From NCBI GenBank assembly GCA_013265495.1, contig MU058636.1, positions 3,087,967-3,151,966 of the forward strand: a DNA stretch of 64,000 nucleotides, written 5' to 3'. Below the pieces are notes generated by a model. The model made no database searches and was not told the origin of the DNA. It was given only the letters and a program-made list of their open reading frames with translations. The first letter of the stretch is position 1, and each line of letters begins with the position of its first letter. The position numbers were made by a program, and so were the translations under genes. Shown here piece by piece: positions 24,945-36,215 of this stretch. Source of the stretch: Vicugna vicugna (taxonomy: Eukaryota).

Positions 24945-25560
24945 TTCATGTGCTATACAACAGAGTGATGTGGTTGCTAGACAAAGCTAATGTAATTGTA
25001 GATTCCATTAAATAGAACTATAGTATCCAGATAATAAGTAATAGTAACAATGTACATTGGTCAGATGACAATTGAAAGGTTTGTGCCATTTGAGGCGTTG
25101 TAATTTTAAATGGATCGTAAGGTACCGTGATATATCTAGAGAAGAAAGGTGCGGACGCTACGGTCTGGATCTGCCAGGTATAAAGTTGGGGGAGGCTCTG
25201 AGTGTTTCCCTCCGAACAGAGAAAACTAAGAAACAACTGTCCTCAAATATTGGAGGAGTTGTTGTGAGGAAGAAAGAATGGATAGGTTTTATTTTAGTAA
25301 AAGAATCAGAGCAAAGAGTGAGTAAATGTCAAGGGAAGGGCTGAGGAGGTAACCAAGGAAGGAAGTGGCAGGAAGTGTAAGAAATCAACTTTCTAAAAAA
25401 AAGCTTTCTCCAAAACCGAAGTGCTGAACGTTGGAAAGGCACTCTCTAGAGACAGAGAGCTCTTTGTTGTCCACTGGAACATAAACTAGATGGCGGTTTG
25501 TAGGGACTTTGAGGAGAGAGTTCCAGGATCGGGCAGGATGTTAGCATGTAAGGTCTTACT
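24945..25560 (+). mobile_element. CR1/L3 LINE remnant (3' part)
   Basis: cagagtgatgtggttgctagacaaagctaatgtaattgtagattccattaaatagaactatagtatccaga and ...aactttctaa...gggcaggatgttag resemble the L3/CR1 3' consensus. Confidence 0.6.
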
Positions 25561-26762
25561 CATCATCCAGGTTTCCATAATGGGCCAGACCTGAAGTGGT
25601 CCTGCTGAGAACCACCGGAAGCCGGGGGGACATGGAGCACAAGTCTGTGAGCTCATTGATCAAAGTGCTTTTAAACAGATGGGCCACTCTAGACACATTA
25701 GTTAAAGCCCTAGTCTGTTTCCCAGAGATAGTTCTAGAGAAGGGATCTTTCACTAAAGTAACAGCGGGGTCAGGGCATAAGACTGGCAAGGTCTTCAGGA
25801 GATGCCTGCTCCTTCTATGACAAATATGCATGAGAAGGGTTGCTAGGTTACCGGTGACAGCTCCCATCAAAGATTCTAGGTGCAGCTGGGGAGAAAGGAT
25901 GCTGAGATATGCAAAGGACAGAGAGGAAAGAAATATGGACTCCCTGTAAGCAGAGTGCTTCCTCCAGGTGCTGTCTACGAGAACAGACCGCCGCTCTCGT
26001 GCTATTCCAGTGCAGAGGGTTAGGAAACAGACACACATGGAATGGTAATTCAAACCCACAGGTTCATCAGATTTTTTAAAATAATAAGACGTTGATTCAG
26101 TTCAGTACAAAATTTAATATATGGGGGTATAACATTTTCAAAAATCAATTCATTTCCTTGCCATACCAAGAACCATTTGAGGATAAGGACAATGTCCTAT
26201 TTGTTGTGGTACCCCTCGAGTTCAGCGTAGTCTCTGGCACAGAGTAGAAGTTGCTATCGGTGTTTAATGTGCTACACAGAGCTGTGTTTTTGGATGCTAG
26301 CAGACAGGTCGAAGTACCTGGACAAGACCGCAGTGGTTTCCACTCTCTCTGTTGTCCCAGCACAACCTCCCTCCACTCCAGGTGGAGAATTAGGCTCTGA
26401 AGCACCTGATCCCAGCAGATGGTTCTCTAGCACCTTCCACGACCACCTGAGTTGACTTGTTCACTAAGCCACTCATCAGACGCTTATTGAACCCCTACCT
26501 TGTGCGAGGCACCATGAGAGGGCCAGGATACAGATAAACGAGACCAGGAAGACTCCTGCTTCCGGAAACCCCCCTCCTGCGTCTGTGGCCGGGGCAGTAA
26601 TGGCCCTGGGGGTGAGCACCTCGTATCAGTTAAACAAACAAACTTCTTTTTTAAATGGCCAGTCAAGATTTATTGATACAGTTAATTTTTCAAAGAACTT
26701 TATTCGAGAACCTCTGTTATTTGTTTTTCCTTTGATTCAGAGATATGTAAAGAGAGTAAGTA

Positions 26763-26958
26763 CAGCTGACCCCTGAACCATGTTGGGGGGAGGCAATCCA
26801 CATATAACTTACAGCTGGCCCCCCCCACCTCCAGTTCCACCTGCATCCGAGGATTCAACGAACCATGGACCATGTAGTGGTGTCATATTTACTATTGAAA
26901 AAATCCACGTCTAAGTGGATTCTTGCAGTTCAAACCTGTATTGTTCAAGGCTCAATTA
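26763..26958. mobile_element. Tigger2-family MITE (Tigger2a_Art-like)
   Basis: ta|cagctgacccctgaacca ... ttgttcaaggctcaatt TIRs; internal gcatccgaggattcaacgaaccatgga...tttactattgaaaaaatccacgtctaagtgga. Confidence 0.8.
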
Positions 26959-29370
26959 CATAAACAGAAAAAACACTGGGCCCCAGAAGGCTGAGTAATC
27001 CTGCAAGCATTTGGCCCAAGCTTTAATCATTTTCTACGTCAAAAAAGTAAAATGATTACAATCACATACTATTCACACACGCCTTGACCAAAGCCATCGT
27101 CATAAAGAGGAATGGTTCTTTCTGTCAGAAGTTCGGAGGGAAGAGTCATTCTCTCTGGACCTGCCCCCTCCGCGCTCATCAGTGCTTTTTAACAGATTAG
27201 CAAATAAGGAGAGATTTGAAAGGGTCACAGCAACCACACTATCGAAAAATTGGAATGTAAATTGGGTGGTCTTGGTTAAGGGTTCGGTTCTTCGCTCATA
27301 GCCTCAGACAAGAATGGCAAAAAGGTGATTAGAGAAACGGAAAGCGAAGGCTCCGGAAGAGAAATCTCGAGGAAGAGCAAAATCCGCAGAACCTAAAGGT
27401 CAATTAACGCAAGAAAAGGCTGGAAGAAAGGGCACTGTGGCTAAGAAAGGAGGGGAGGAAGTGGGAAAGAAAAAGAGAAACTCAGAATTTTCAGAATCAC
27501 TAGACTCTGGCTGGAACTTGATGGAACACAGGCGTCTCCTTGTTGTTGATCTGCAGGGTCCCTGCTGTCGGGCTGCAGTGTCCCCTGATGTTGGAGGCCA
27601 GCGACAGATTGAATGTCACCAGCTGGATGCTGCCCAGCACCCGGCAGACATGGATGCTGGGGTAGCCTGAGTGCAAAGGAGCCCTAAATACAGGAGCAGA
27701 TGGCCGAGATGCACTTAGTGCCTGTAACACATTCAGTCCCTCTGAGATGCGCCCCTGGGAGACATTCTGTTTCCTCTTTCTCAATTGGTAAAGCAAAGCA
27801 TTTTAATATTACCTAATTATCCCCACCCACATAGTGTATTTTTTATAAAGGCAGCGTGAAAGATGAACTGGGCAAGGTTTAGCCCAGGTGCTGCTGGGGC
27901 AGCAGGGCTCTTGGGCACCCCCCACCCCTCCCCCTATGCGGAGGCTGGAGGAGTCATCCACAGGGAGCAGCAGCCTCCGAGCCTCATGCCTGCCTTCCAT
28001 AAACGCTGTAAAGACTGATATGATCATGTTGGCAAACCGTTCTGCGCTCCTGAGAGTGTGAGAGTTACAAGGATGTGATTTTATTATTCATAACACGGCC
28101 TGTGCTGACTGCCGGAGAACTCAGATGCAAGGTGCCTGCGGGTTGTAATTTCACCCTCCTCCTTCTCCTTCCTTCTGTGTTGGGGACGGGCAGGTTTCTC
28201 TATTTGGAAAATCAATTTCTTCATCACCAACACCTCCAGGACATCAGAGGAGGAGGACGGAGCAGAGAAAGTTGGGTAGCTGCAGCTCTACTGCCCCGGT
28301 GAGGTTCGCCCGAACGGGACAGTTCGCCCAGTGAGGAGGAAACCAGACCGACAACGAACCTGGTCTCTACTGAGTCGGGGTTCTCTCTAAGCAAGAGGGG
28401 AGGCTAAGCGAAAACAATCAATAGCAAGAAAAACAAGATGAAAGCATGCTCGGGTTTCAACCCCATGGGGAAATAACTGGGAGAATGAAATTTTATTAAG
28501 GCTGTTGTGCGAGCCCTACCCATTCCTTTGAGGAATCTCCGCTTTAAACATTCCAGTCCGTTTTGGAGAGCGGAGGCCATCGTAGGGCAGATTGATCTTG
28601 CACTAAATAGACATTTAGTTCGATATAAGATGTGCAACAAGAGATGGAGTTTCTTGAGGAAGTGCATGAGGGGGTAGTGCCTCCCACCTGCACCCCTCAG
28701 ACGGGTCCAAGGCTCACTGCACTGCTTCCGAGATTGAGAAGAAACAAGAATGTTATCCGCAGTGGAATAGGGACCCACCAGAAAAAAGGAAGAACAGTCA
28801 CAAGTGACTTGGAGAAATGATGCAAGGAAGGGATTTTTTCCCCTGTATGTTGTGCTTAAATCAACCACAAACCAATGACTGCAACTACTTGGTACTAATC
28901 CCAGGGCAAGAAAAAATAATGTTTTCTGGTCTGTCTCCTCTCTGTCTCACTCTTTAACAAGCTTTGGACAGCTGCGAGCCCCTACCTCTTGCTCTGACAC
29001 TTTATTGCGAAGCTCTAAAAATCATCGGAGGTGCATCAGATTCAAGGTGATGCGATTCAGCAGGCATTTATTTTTACTTATTTGACTGAGCGTCTGCTAC
29101 AGGCCCAATGCTTTCCTGAGCACTGTGGGGTTCAGAAAAGAAAAATACTCTGCCCCTGTCCTGAAGGAGCTTACAGACTCACAAACATGCGTGAAGATAT
29201 TAGAGACTATATTACAAGATAATAGTAATCCAGTGCCGAAATGCACAGGACATAGGCAACCCTGAAGCTAACAAGGCTCCCTTGGTGCCCTCCCACCCCC
29301 TGTCATGGTCCCAGGGATCCCAATGGGCCCCGAGCTCACTCAGTTGAAGGGATGGGCCCACCTCCATTCT

Positions 29371-29460
29371 TTCTTTTTTTAAGTGGAGGTACTGGGGATT
29401 GAACCCAGGACCTTGTGCATGCCAAGCATGGGCTCCACCACCGAGCTGTATCTTCACCCC
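29371..29460 (-). mobile_element. Vic-1-like SINE (short form)
   Basis: Minus strand GGGGTGAAGATACAGCTCGGTGGTGGAGCCCATGCTTGGCATGCACAAGGTCCTGGGTTCAATCCCCAGTACCTCCACTTAAAAAAAGAA: tRNA-like A/B boxes and A-tail. Confidence 0.88.
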
Positions 29461-30689
29461 ACCAATTCCATTTTTAACACCTGGACTTGAGATAGGAATG
29501 TGTACACAGCCTGCATTTGAAGGGAGCCTGAAGGAGAGTAAAAAGAAGGTGATTTGGAAGCAGCGAAAGCCCCAAATCTGTTAAAACTCTATCACCCTTG
29601 AAAGTCACTTTTTAGGTAAAGAGGCAGAAGCCCTTAAATGCTTGTGCCCGGTGTACCGACCAAGAAACAGCCAGTAGCACCCATCAGCCACCTCCAGCAA
29701 GGCTGCACAGGGGCAGGGCGCGGAGGCTGTGAGGAATACGAAGACGAACTGAACAATGAAGCACTCGCACAGGACTAGGTACAACAAGAAGCAAGAACTA
29801 TGGAGCAGACGGGGAGGGACACCATGCCCAGCCTCCCGCTGCTCTGACGCTTTTATTCCTACTGCTGCTCGCCCCGCCCAGATCTGACTTGCCGCCCTGC
29901 TGAGTCTCCCCTGACCTCTAGGGCCTGACCCGCCGCTGGCCAGGTCCTGGAAAGTGCTCCAGGTCACAGAGCAGGGACATTCAGTCCTGTAAAAACAATG
30001 CCTCCGAGTCCATGTAGGCACAAAAATTGAATCGCACATACGCGGCACTGAGAAGGTGAGGAAGACAGTGCCAACAAAGATGTGGAGGCTCTCAGTGGAC
30101 CACACACAGCACGGGAGGCAGCTCGGCCTGTGCCATGATTTTAAGAGAAGTTAATGAGCTCCAGGTGAGCGTCTGTGGGCGTCTGTGGTGCCCGGAGGAA
30201 GATTCTGTAATGCATCCCCAGACTCAGCCCTTCTCACCTCACAAATGCATGTCCCTGGTCTCAGGGGACAGGTGATGGGAAGTGATGGATGGACTGGATA
30301 AGGCTGCATTTCTGACAATTGAAAGTGGCAAGAGGGACAACCCTCGGCTCTCAGCTAAAGCATGCAGTTGGAGCATGGGTTCCCCTGGGGCTTCTCAAGT
30401 CACTTTGAGCTCTCCCCTCAGCTCCTGCCCTAACAGCGTGGAAGAGGAGAAAGGCCGGGTCCCTTCATGTCCCGCCCACTTCCCCTCCTCCAGCCGCCAT
30501 CGCTAGAGGTAAGCAATTCACCCAGCCCGGGAGACCCCTGGTGCGGCTTTTTAGCAAACAGGCCACTTCTGATGAAAGCAGCCCAAACAGCTGAGCGATT
30601 AGAAAGTGGTGGCCGTCACCAACGATGTGCGGGCCCTGCAGGAAATGGGGGGTGATAAGTACTCAGCAGCCACGCCGAATACCCTCAAT

Positions 30690-30885
30690 GCAGCAGCGGT
30701 CTTTAAAGAGGACGCTTACTTCTAAACGGGTCCTTCTCGCAGTGGGCACCCAGCTACCCTCCGCCACGACGCTGGTCGCCTCTGCTGACCACGGGCTGGC
30801 GGCCGCGCCGAGCCCAGGGGCTGCAGAGTGAGGGGCGGGCGCCTCGGGGTCCCGGGGCCCGGGCGCCTACGGAGTCACCCCGGGC
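30690..30885. other. Small CpG-rich GC patch
   Basis: Dense CpGs (ggcggccgcgccgag, ggggcgggcgcctcgggg, cccggggcccgggcgcc) including a GC box. Confidence 0.45.
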
Positions 30886-30953
30886 TTATGAAAACTCCAG
30901 GCCAATTAAACCAGAACCTCTAGGGGGTGGACCTGGGAAGTTCGGATTAAATA

Positions 30954-31200
30954 TTTTTTTAACTTTTATTTGGAAGTAATTTCCAGCTTACTGAAAAGGT
31001 GCAAGACTGAGACTGTGAAGACACCCACGTGCCCTTTACACCTACTGTGAACATTTTCACAGTTTTGCTTTGTCATTTCTCTTTCTCCACACACACACAT
31101 TCACACACACACATTTGCATACACACACACAATATTTTTTAAAAATTGTTTTCTGAACCATTTGAAAATGAGCTCCATTCATGGCCCTTTTTCCCGGAAG
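30954..31200 (-). mobile_element. Old L1MC/MD 3' end fragment containing (CA)n
   Basis: ttttttaacttttatttggaagtaatttccagcttactgaaaaggtgcaaga...ttctgaaccatttgaaa; degenerate CA repeat 31088-31131. Confidence 0.7.
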
Positions 31201-31857
31201 CGGCCGTCCCCGCATGACCACAGTACAACTTCAACAGTAAAAAACAGCACAGGGCCACGGTGCTTCTGGGACCACGCTGCTTTTCCCTCGCAGGTGAGGT
31301 CCGCGTGCAGCCAGCCGAGAGCCCCGGGGCGTCTGCAGCTCCGCGGGGACTGGTTCTCGGTGTAGGAAGCCGAGGAGCGGCCGCCCCAGACTAGGACTTC
31401 TGAACTCGGATTTACTTATTTTGCAGTATTTGAAGGGTGTTTATTTAATGACCAGGGAAAGACTAGAAAGTAAATGTTCCTCATTAGTAGACTGGTTAAA
31501 TAATTTGTTTTTCTTTTCCAATCCTCATATCTTTGTTTTTTCACTCAGATTTATTAACAGAGCACACTGGTCACTGCACAACTGGGTCACAGAGGAAACC
31601 TGGGTGTGGGGGTCGCTCTGGGAAGCACTGGCCACTCCCTTTTCCCTTCCATCTCACCGCTCACTCCATTCCCTCCTGAGGGACTTCTCTCGTGACCCAG
31701 CTTGCTTCATAACTAGTGGGTGATTTGTTAACAATTTAATGGCACGACAGCCTCTGGAGAAATGACCCTGAGCTTTGTCCAGGCTGCTTCGGACTCTTAT
31801 AACTAAAACGATCTCTCTCTTTTCTGGCAATTCACTCCCACAGCCTTTGAAGAGGAG

Positions 31858-32212
31858 TGGGATAGTTGATTTTCTGTGTCAACTTGACCAGACCCTGGGG
31901 TGCCCAGATCCTCGGTCAAGCCTTACTCGAGGTGTGTCTGGGATGGGGTTTCTGGGTGAGAATAACATTTGTAGCTGCAGGCTGAGTAAAGCAGAGGCCT
32001 TCCACAGTCGTCCACTGGTTCTGGCCTGAGCAGGCAGGACTGGCTCTCTCTGCCTGATTGTCCTCCAGCTGGGACACTGGTCTTCTTTTGCCTTCAGACT
32101 TGACCTTGGACCAGAAGGACACAGCAGCGCTCCTGGGTCTCCAGCCTGCAGACTGCAGATCTTGGGACTTAGCCTCTGCCATCTCATGAGCCAGTTCCTT
32201 GTGCCCAGACTC
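31858..32212 (+). mobile_element. ERVL LTR, MLT2-type
   Basis: gatagttgattttctgtgtcaacttgac...tgcccagat...ggctgagtaaagcaga...ctcctgggtctccagcctgcagactgcagatcttgggactt. Confidence 0.85.
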
Positions 32213-34728
32213 ATATGAGGAACCAGCTAGATTTTTCCAGAAAGGAAAGTAATAGGACAGAGAAAGTTGAAGAGGGCATTTCCAACCTGGAAGGCAGTAG
32301 TTGGGTACTCAGAGATGGGGAAGGAGGTTGATGGGCTGCTGAGTCTCCAGGGAACAGACCCCCTCACATGTGTCCACTCTGAGATGGCACATCCTCAGAC
32401 AGGGTGGCTGGAAAGAGCTGGATGCAGAAAGCGGGGGTCCACAGGTCCAGTGGAGTTGTGATGTGGTCCAGGGTGGGAGGAACTGCCGGACGGGCAGACA
32501 GTCTTTGAAGGACCACTCTGACCTGGCTGGGCAGGTGAGTATCTCCATGCCAGGCAGGCAATGCAGGACCAGCTCCACAGGCAGCCTAGGTGTCATCCAA
32601 GAGATGGGGCAGCACAAATCACCCTTAAAACCCAGGCACCTTATATGCCCTTGGGAAGGGAAGAAGATCAGAGAATGAGACTGGATTTCCAGCCATGTTA
32701 GTCAGAGGAAACCCTGCTTTTTGCAAGTATTACAGAGCAATTGACATCTGGCAAATGCATAAAGGGCCCAAATCCATCTCTTAGCCCCAGTACTTCCTTG
32801 GGATATATATTTCTTGCACAGAAAAGTGTCTCTTCCTCATCACATCCCTTTAGATATCTGAAGAAGATCAGGAAGGTTTCATGGACTGGTTCCTGGGGGA
32901 GGTGGGAGGGAAGCTCTAAATCATCTGAAATTGATTGCATTTGCGAATGTACATTTTCCTGAGGGAGGGGAACCCATAAACCTGATCTGATCCGCACAAG
33001 AGGTTGGACCTAAAATACCGCATGCCACTATGGCAGAACGGAAAGCTCCTGCAGGGCGAATTGCCTGCTTTCTCATCCACCTGCCCTGAATTGGTGACTC
33101 ATTCATCCATTCAGTCAGTATTTTTGGAAGCCCTCCCGTACCTCAAGCCTCGTAGCTCCAAGTAGAACAGTCTGCACAGAGTGGCTCTTAGCCTCTCGTC
33201 TTTGCCCTTCCAGTTGTGTGTTGGACTGTGCTTTTTAATCACAGCTCCCTTCATTGCTCTCTGTCCATCTTAAAGTCTCAAATGGTTCTCACCGCCAGCC
33301 CACCGTCAGAGCAGCCAAGCAACACGAGCTCCGGGAAATTGAAATTTTCCACTTTCTCTCATCCTGCTCCATCCACCTCCACCCTGAGAACGCCTGGAGG
33401 CTTCTTCTCAGAAAATACCCTGGTAAGGTATTAGCAGAGCTTCCTCCTACGAGCACTATTTGCAGTTTTATTGGGCTCTCGGGAAGAATGGAGAGTCTTT
33501 AACAGTTGATGAACGCATCTCTCTGGGCCACATGGAGGCCCCGTGAAATGCAGGTGGAGGAATAGATTTGGGGTGGGATCAGGCTTCCCTGGAGCCCCAT
33601 GTCCGACTGCCTGGGCAGTGTCCCTCTCAGCAGGTTGGCGCTGCCTCCAGTGGCCCCTGCGTCTCATTTGTCCGTCCACGTCGGCTGTTCCACATCCCTC
33701 ACTGCCCACCAAGCACTCTCCTTCCCACGCTTTTGCCCATGTTGTTCATCCCTGCTGGAATGTCTTCTTTCCACTCTGAGCCCACACAAAGCTTCTCATC
33801 CCGATTTCAAACCCTCGCTCAAGTTCCACCTCCTCAGGGTCCTTGTGAAATGGCCAGGTCTCTGGCCACAGGGCGTGTGTCTTTTGCTTCTACAGCATCC
33901 TGTATCCTCTCGCACTTTCACAGCATCTCTTTTGCATGCAGTTACTTATTTTTCTTGAATTCTCTAATTGCTTTAAACAGAAGAGTCTTACCTCCCCTAA
34001 TGGAATGATTAACTCTGGGAGCTAATTTTTTCTTTCATAATTGAGATTTCATCGTTTTTTGGGTTTGGTGATCAGTATAAAGACATTGTGAACAAAACAC
34101 ACCTAATTCATAATGTGAGTACTAAATCCAGAAGCCACAGAGTTGTAACACTTTTCCAGACAATTATCCCAGTTACTTTCCAGCTTAAATTTGGAGGAAA
34201 TTTTTTCTTAAAAAGAGCCATTAACCACCAGTATTTACAAATGCTGGCAAGTTGTTTGCTCTAAAGTCCCACTAATTCACAACTTAATATCATGCATATC
34301 ACATACTGACAAGTCTACAATTTGTCACAAAAAACTGATACAGCTATTAGGAAGAAAATTATGCGACCTCCACAAAAGATATTACAGGTGGTAATGGCTG
34401 GAAGAGCCAAGATCTGGGAGCAGTTTTCTTCAAAAAGCAAATTGTACTAAAAAAGAGCTTGAATATAGGAGATAAATAATTGAAAATGCAAGATTGGGAT
34501 TCCAAATTACCATTCAGTTTTGCTTCATATTATAGGTTTTAAAAAACTGCCCTTACCCCACTGGTTTGTAGAACATTATTAGGCTGATACATGAAACTGT
34601 CAAAGCCTCCTGCAACTCAGTAACCTGCTATGCTTCAGCTGATCAGAAAAACCACCACCCAGGATGCGATTTCACCTCTTGAAAAGCTTTCCCACTGAGC
34701 CAAACAGGAAAACACATGAGACGAAGTA

Positions 34729-35098
34729 CATGATGGTTAGCTTTCTGTGTCAGGTGGCTAGGCCGCAGTATGCAATTACAAAGTCAAACACTAATCTAGG
34801 TGTTGCTGTCAAGGTATTTTGTAGATACGGTTATTATCTATAATTAGTTGTCTTTAAGCAAAGTTGATAATATGGGTGGTACCTCATCCAACCAGTTGAT
34901 GGCCTTAAGGGCAAAAATAGGTTTCCTGGAGAAGAAGAGATTCTGTCTCAAGACTGCCGCATTAGCTCCTGCCTGAGTTTCCAGCCTGCTGGACTGCCTT
35001 ACACATTTCAGGCGTTCCAGTCCCCACAATTGTGCAAGTCAATTTCTTAAAATACATTTCTTAGCTATAAGAAACTCTCCTAGAGCTCTGATAATACA
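34729..35098 (+). mobile_element. ERVL LTR, MLT2D-like
   Basis: tgatggttagctttctgtgtca...caaacactaatctaggtgttgctgtcaaggtattttgtagat...cctcatccaaccagttgatggccttaag...taataca. Confidence 0.85.
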
Positions 35099-35184
35099 CA
35101 GGAGGATTTATTCCTTCTTAGAACTACCAAAAAAAAATCTGCATTTACAGAAGTTACTAAAAATATTCCTCTAGATCATACAAG

Positions 35185-36215
35185 AAGAGATTATACAAAT
35201 GGCGTATTTAAGCCCTAATATATCAATGATTACATTAAATGTAAGTGGTCTGGGGTGGGGAGGGTATAGCTCAAGTTACAGCACATGCTTAGCATACACA
35301 GGGTCCTGGGGTCAATCCCCAGTACCTCCATTAAAAAAATTAAAGAAATGTAAATGGTTTAGATTACAAATTAAAAGACAGAAATCAGCAGAGTGGATTA
35401 AAAAACATGATCTAGCATATGCTATCTATAATAAATTTCTTCAAACATAATCATATAGGCAGATTAAAGTTAAAGAACAGAAAAAATTTATTATGCAAAC
35501 AATCAAAAGGAAACAGAAATGGCTATATTAATATCAGATGAAGTAGACTTCAGAGAAAAGAAAATTATCAGAAACAGAGAAAAATATTATATAATGATAA
35601 GGATCAATCCACCAAGAAAACATAGCAATCTTCAATATGCATGCACCAAAAAAAGGAGCTGCAAAACGTGTGAAGCAATCAGTGACAGAAATGAATGGAG
35701 AAATGGATAAATCCCCAATTACAGCTGGAGACTTCAACACCTGTCTTGCAATAGTTGACAGAACAGGTAGGTAGAAAATGAGCAGGGATATGGAGGAACT
35801 GACTCCACCCACTATCAGCAGAACACACGTTTGTTGCAAGTGCTCACCAAGTACACACTAAGACAGATAATATCCCAGGTCATAAAACAAACCTCAGCGA
35901 ATGCGAGAAATGAAATCATACAGCGTGTGTTCTCTGACCAAAATGGACTCACGTTGGAGGTCAGTATCAAGAAGATGACAGGGAAACCACTAGACACTTG
36001 GAAGTTAGACAACATGCTTCCGAATAATCCACGAGTCACAGGATATTTAGCAAAAAGATAATCACATCGATCAATGAAACCAGACAGACAACCCGTAAGC
36101 AGAGACACGCAAAGAACTGACTTCTTACAAAGGCGCACAAGCAACTCAATGCAGGAAGGACTTTCAATAAATGGCGCTGGAGCAATTGGAAAGCCCCAGG
36201 TAAATAAACAAACAA
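35185..36215 (+). mobile_element. Old LINE-1 ORF2 remnant (endonuclease domain joined to late ORF2), interrupted by a SINE
   Basis: MAYLSPNISMITLNV(N)GL..IKRQKSAEWIKKHD, MAILISDEVDFREK, IIQRVFSDQNGLTLEV...LDTWKLDNMLPNNP match L1 EN-domain motifs; 36040-36200 matches the HIDQWN / FDKGAK / FNKWCW region. Confidence 0.9.
35252..35345 (+). mobile_element. Vic-1-like SINE inserted in L1 ORF2
   Basis: GGGGTGGGGAGGGTATAGCTCAAG...CATGCTTAGCATACACAGGGTCCTGGGGTCAATCCCCAGTACCTCCATTAAAAAAA; 15-bp TSD aaatgtaagtggtct (35237-35251) / aaatgtaaatggttt (35346-35360). Confidence 0.9.

Noticed and set aside
27330..27670. Lys/Glu-rich frame EKRKAKAPEEKSRGRAKSAEPKGQ..., superficially like histone H1 or HMGN
   Set aside because: No HMGN RRSARLSA motif or H1 globular domain, an upstream in-frame stop, and no poly-A or TSD; explained by purine-rich composition. 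TBLASTN would settle it
29371..29460. Possible tRNA gene
   Set aside because: tRNA-like head lacks a proper acceptor stem and has an A-tail, so it is a SINE rather than a tRNA gene
29821..29905. ACCATG followed by a signal-peptide-like Leu-rich stretch
   Set aside because: The ATG frame stops after 7 codons; the hydrophobic run is in another frame and ends quickly
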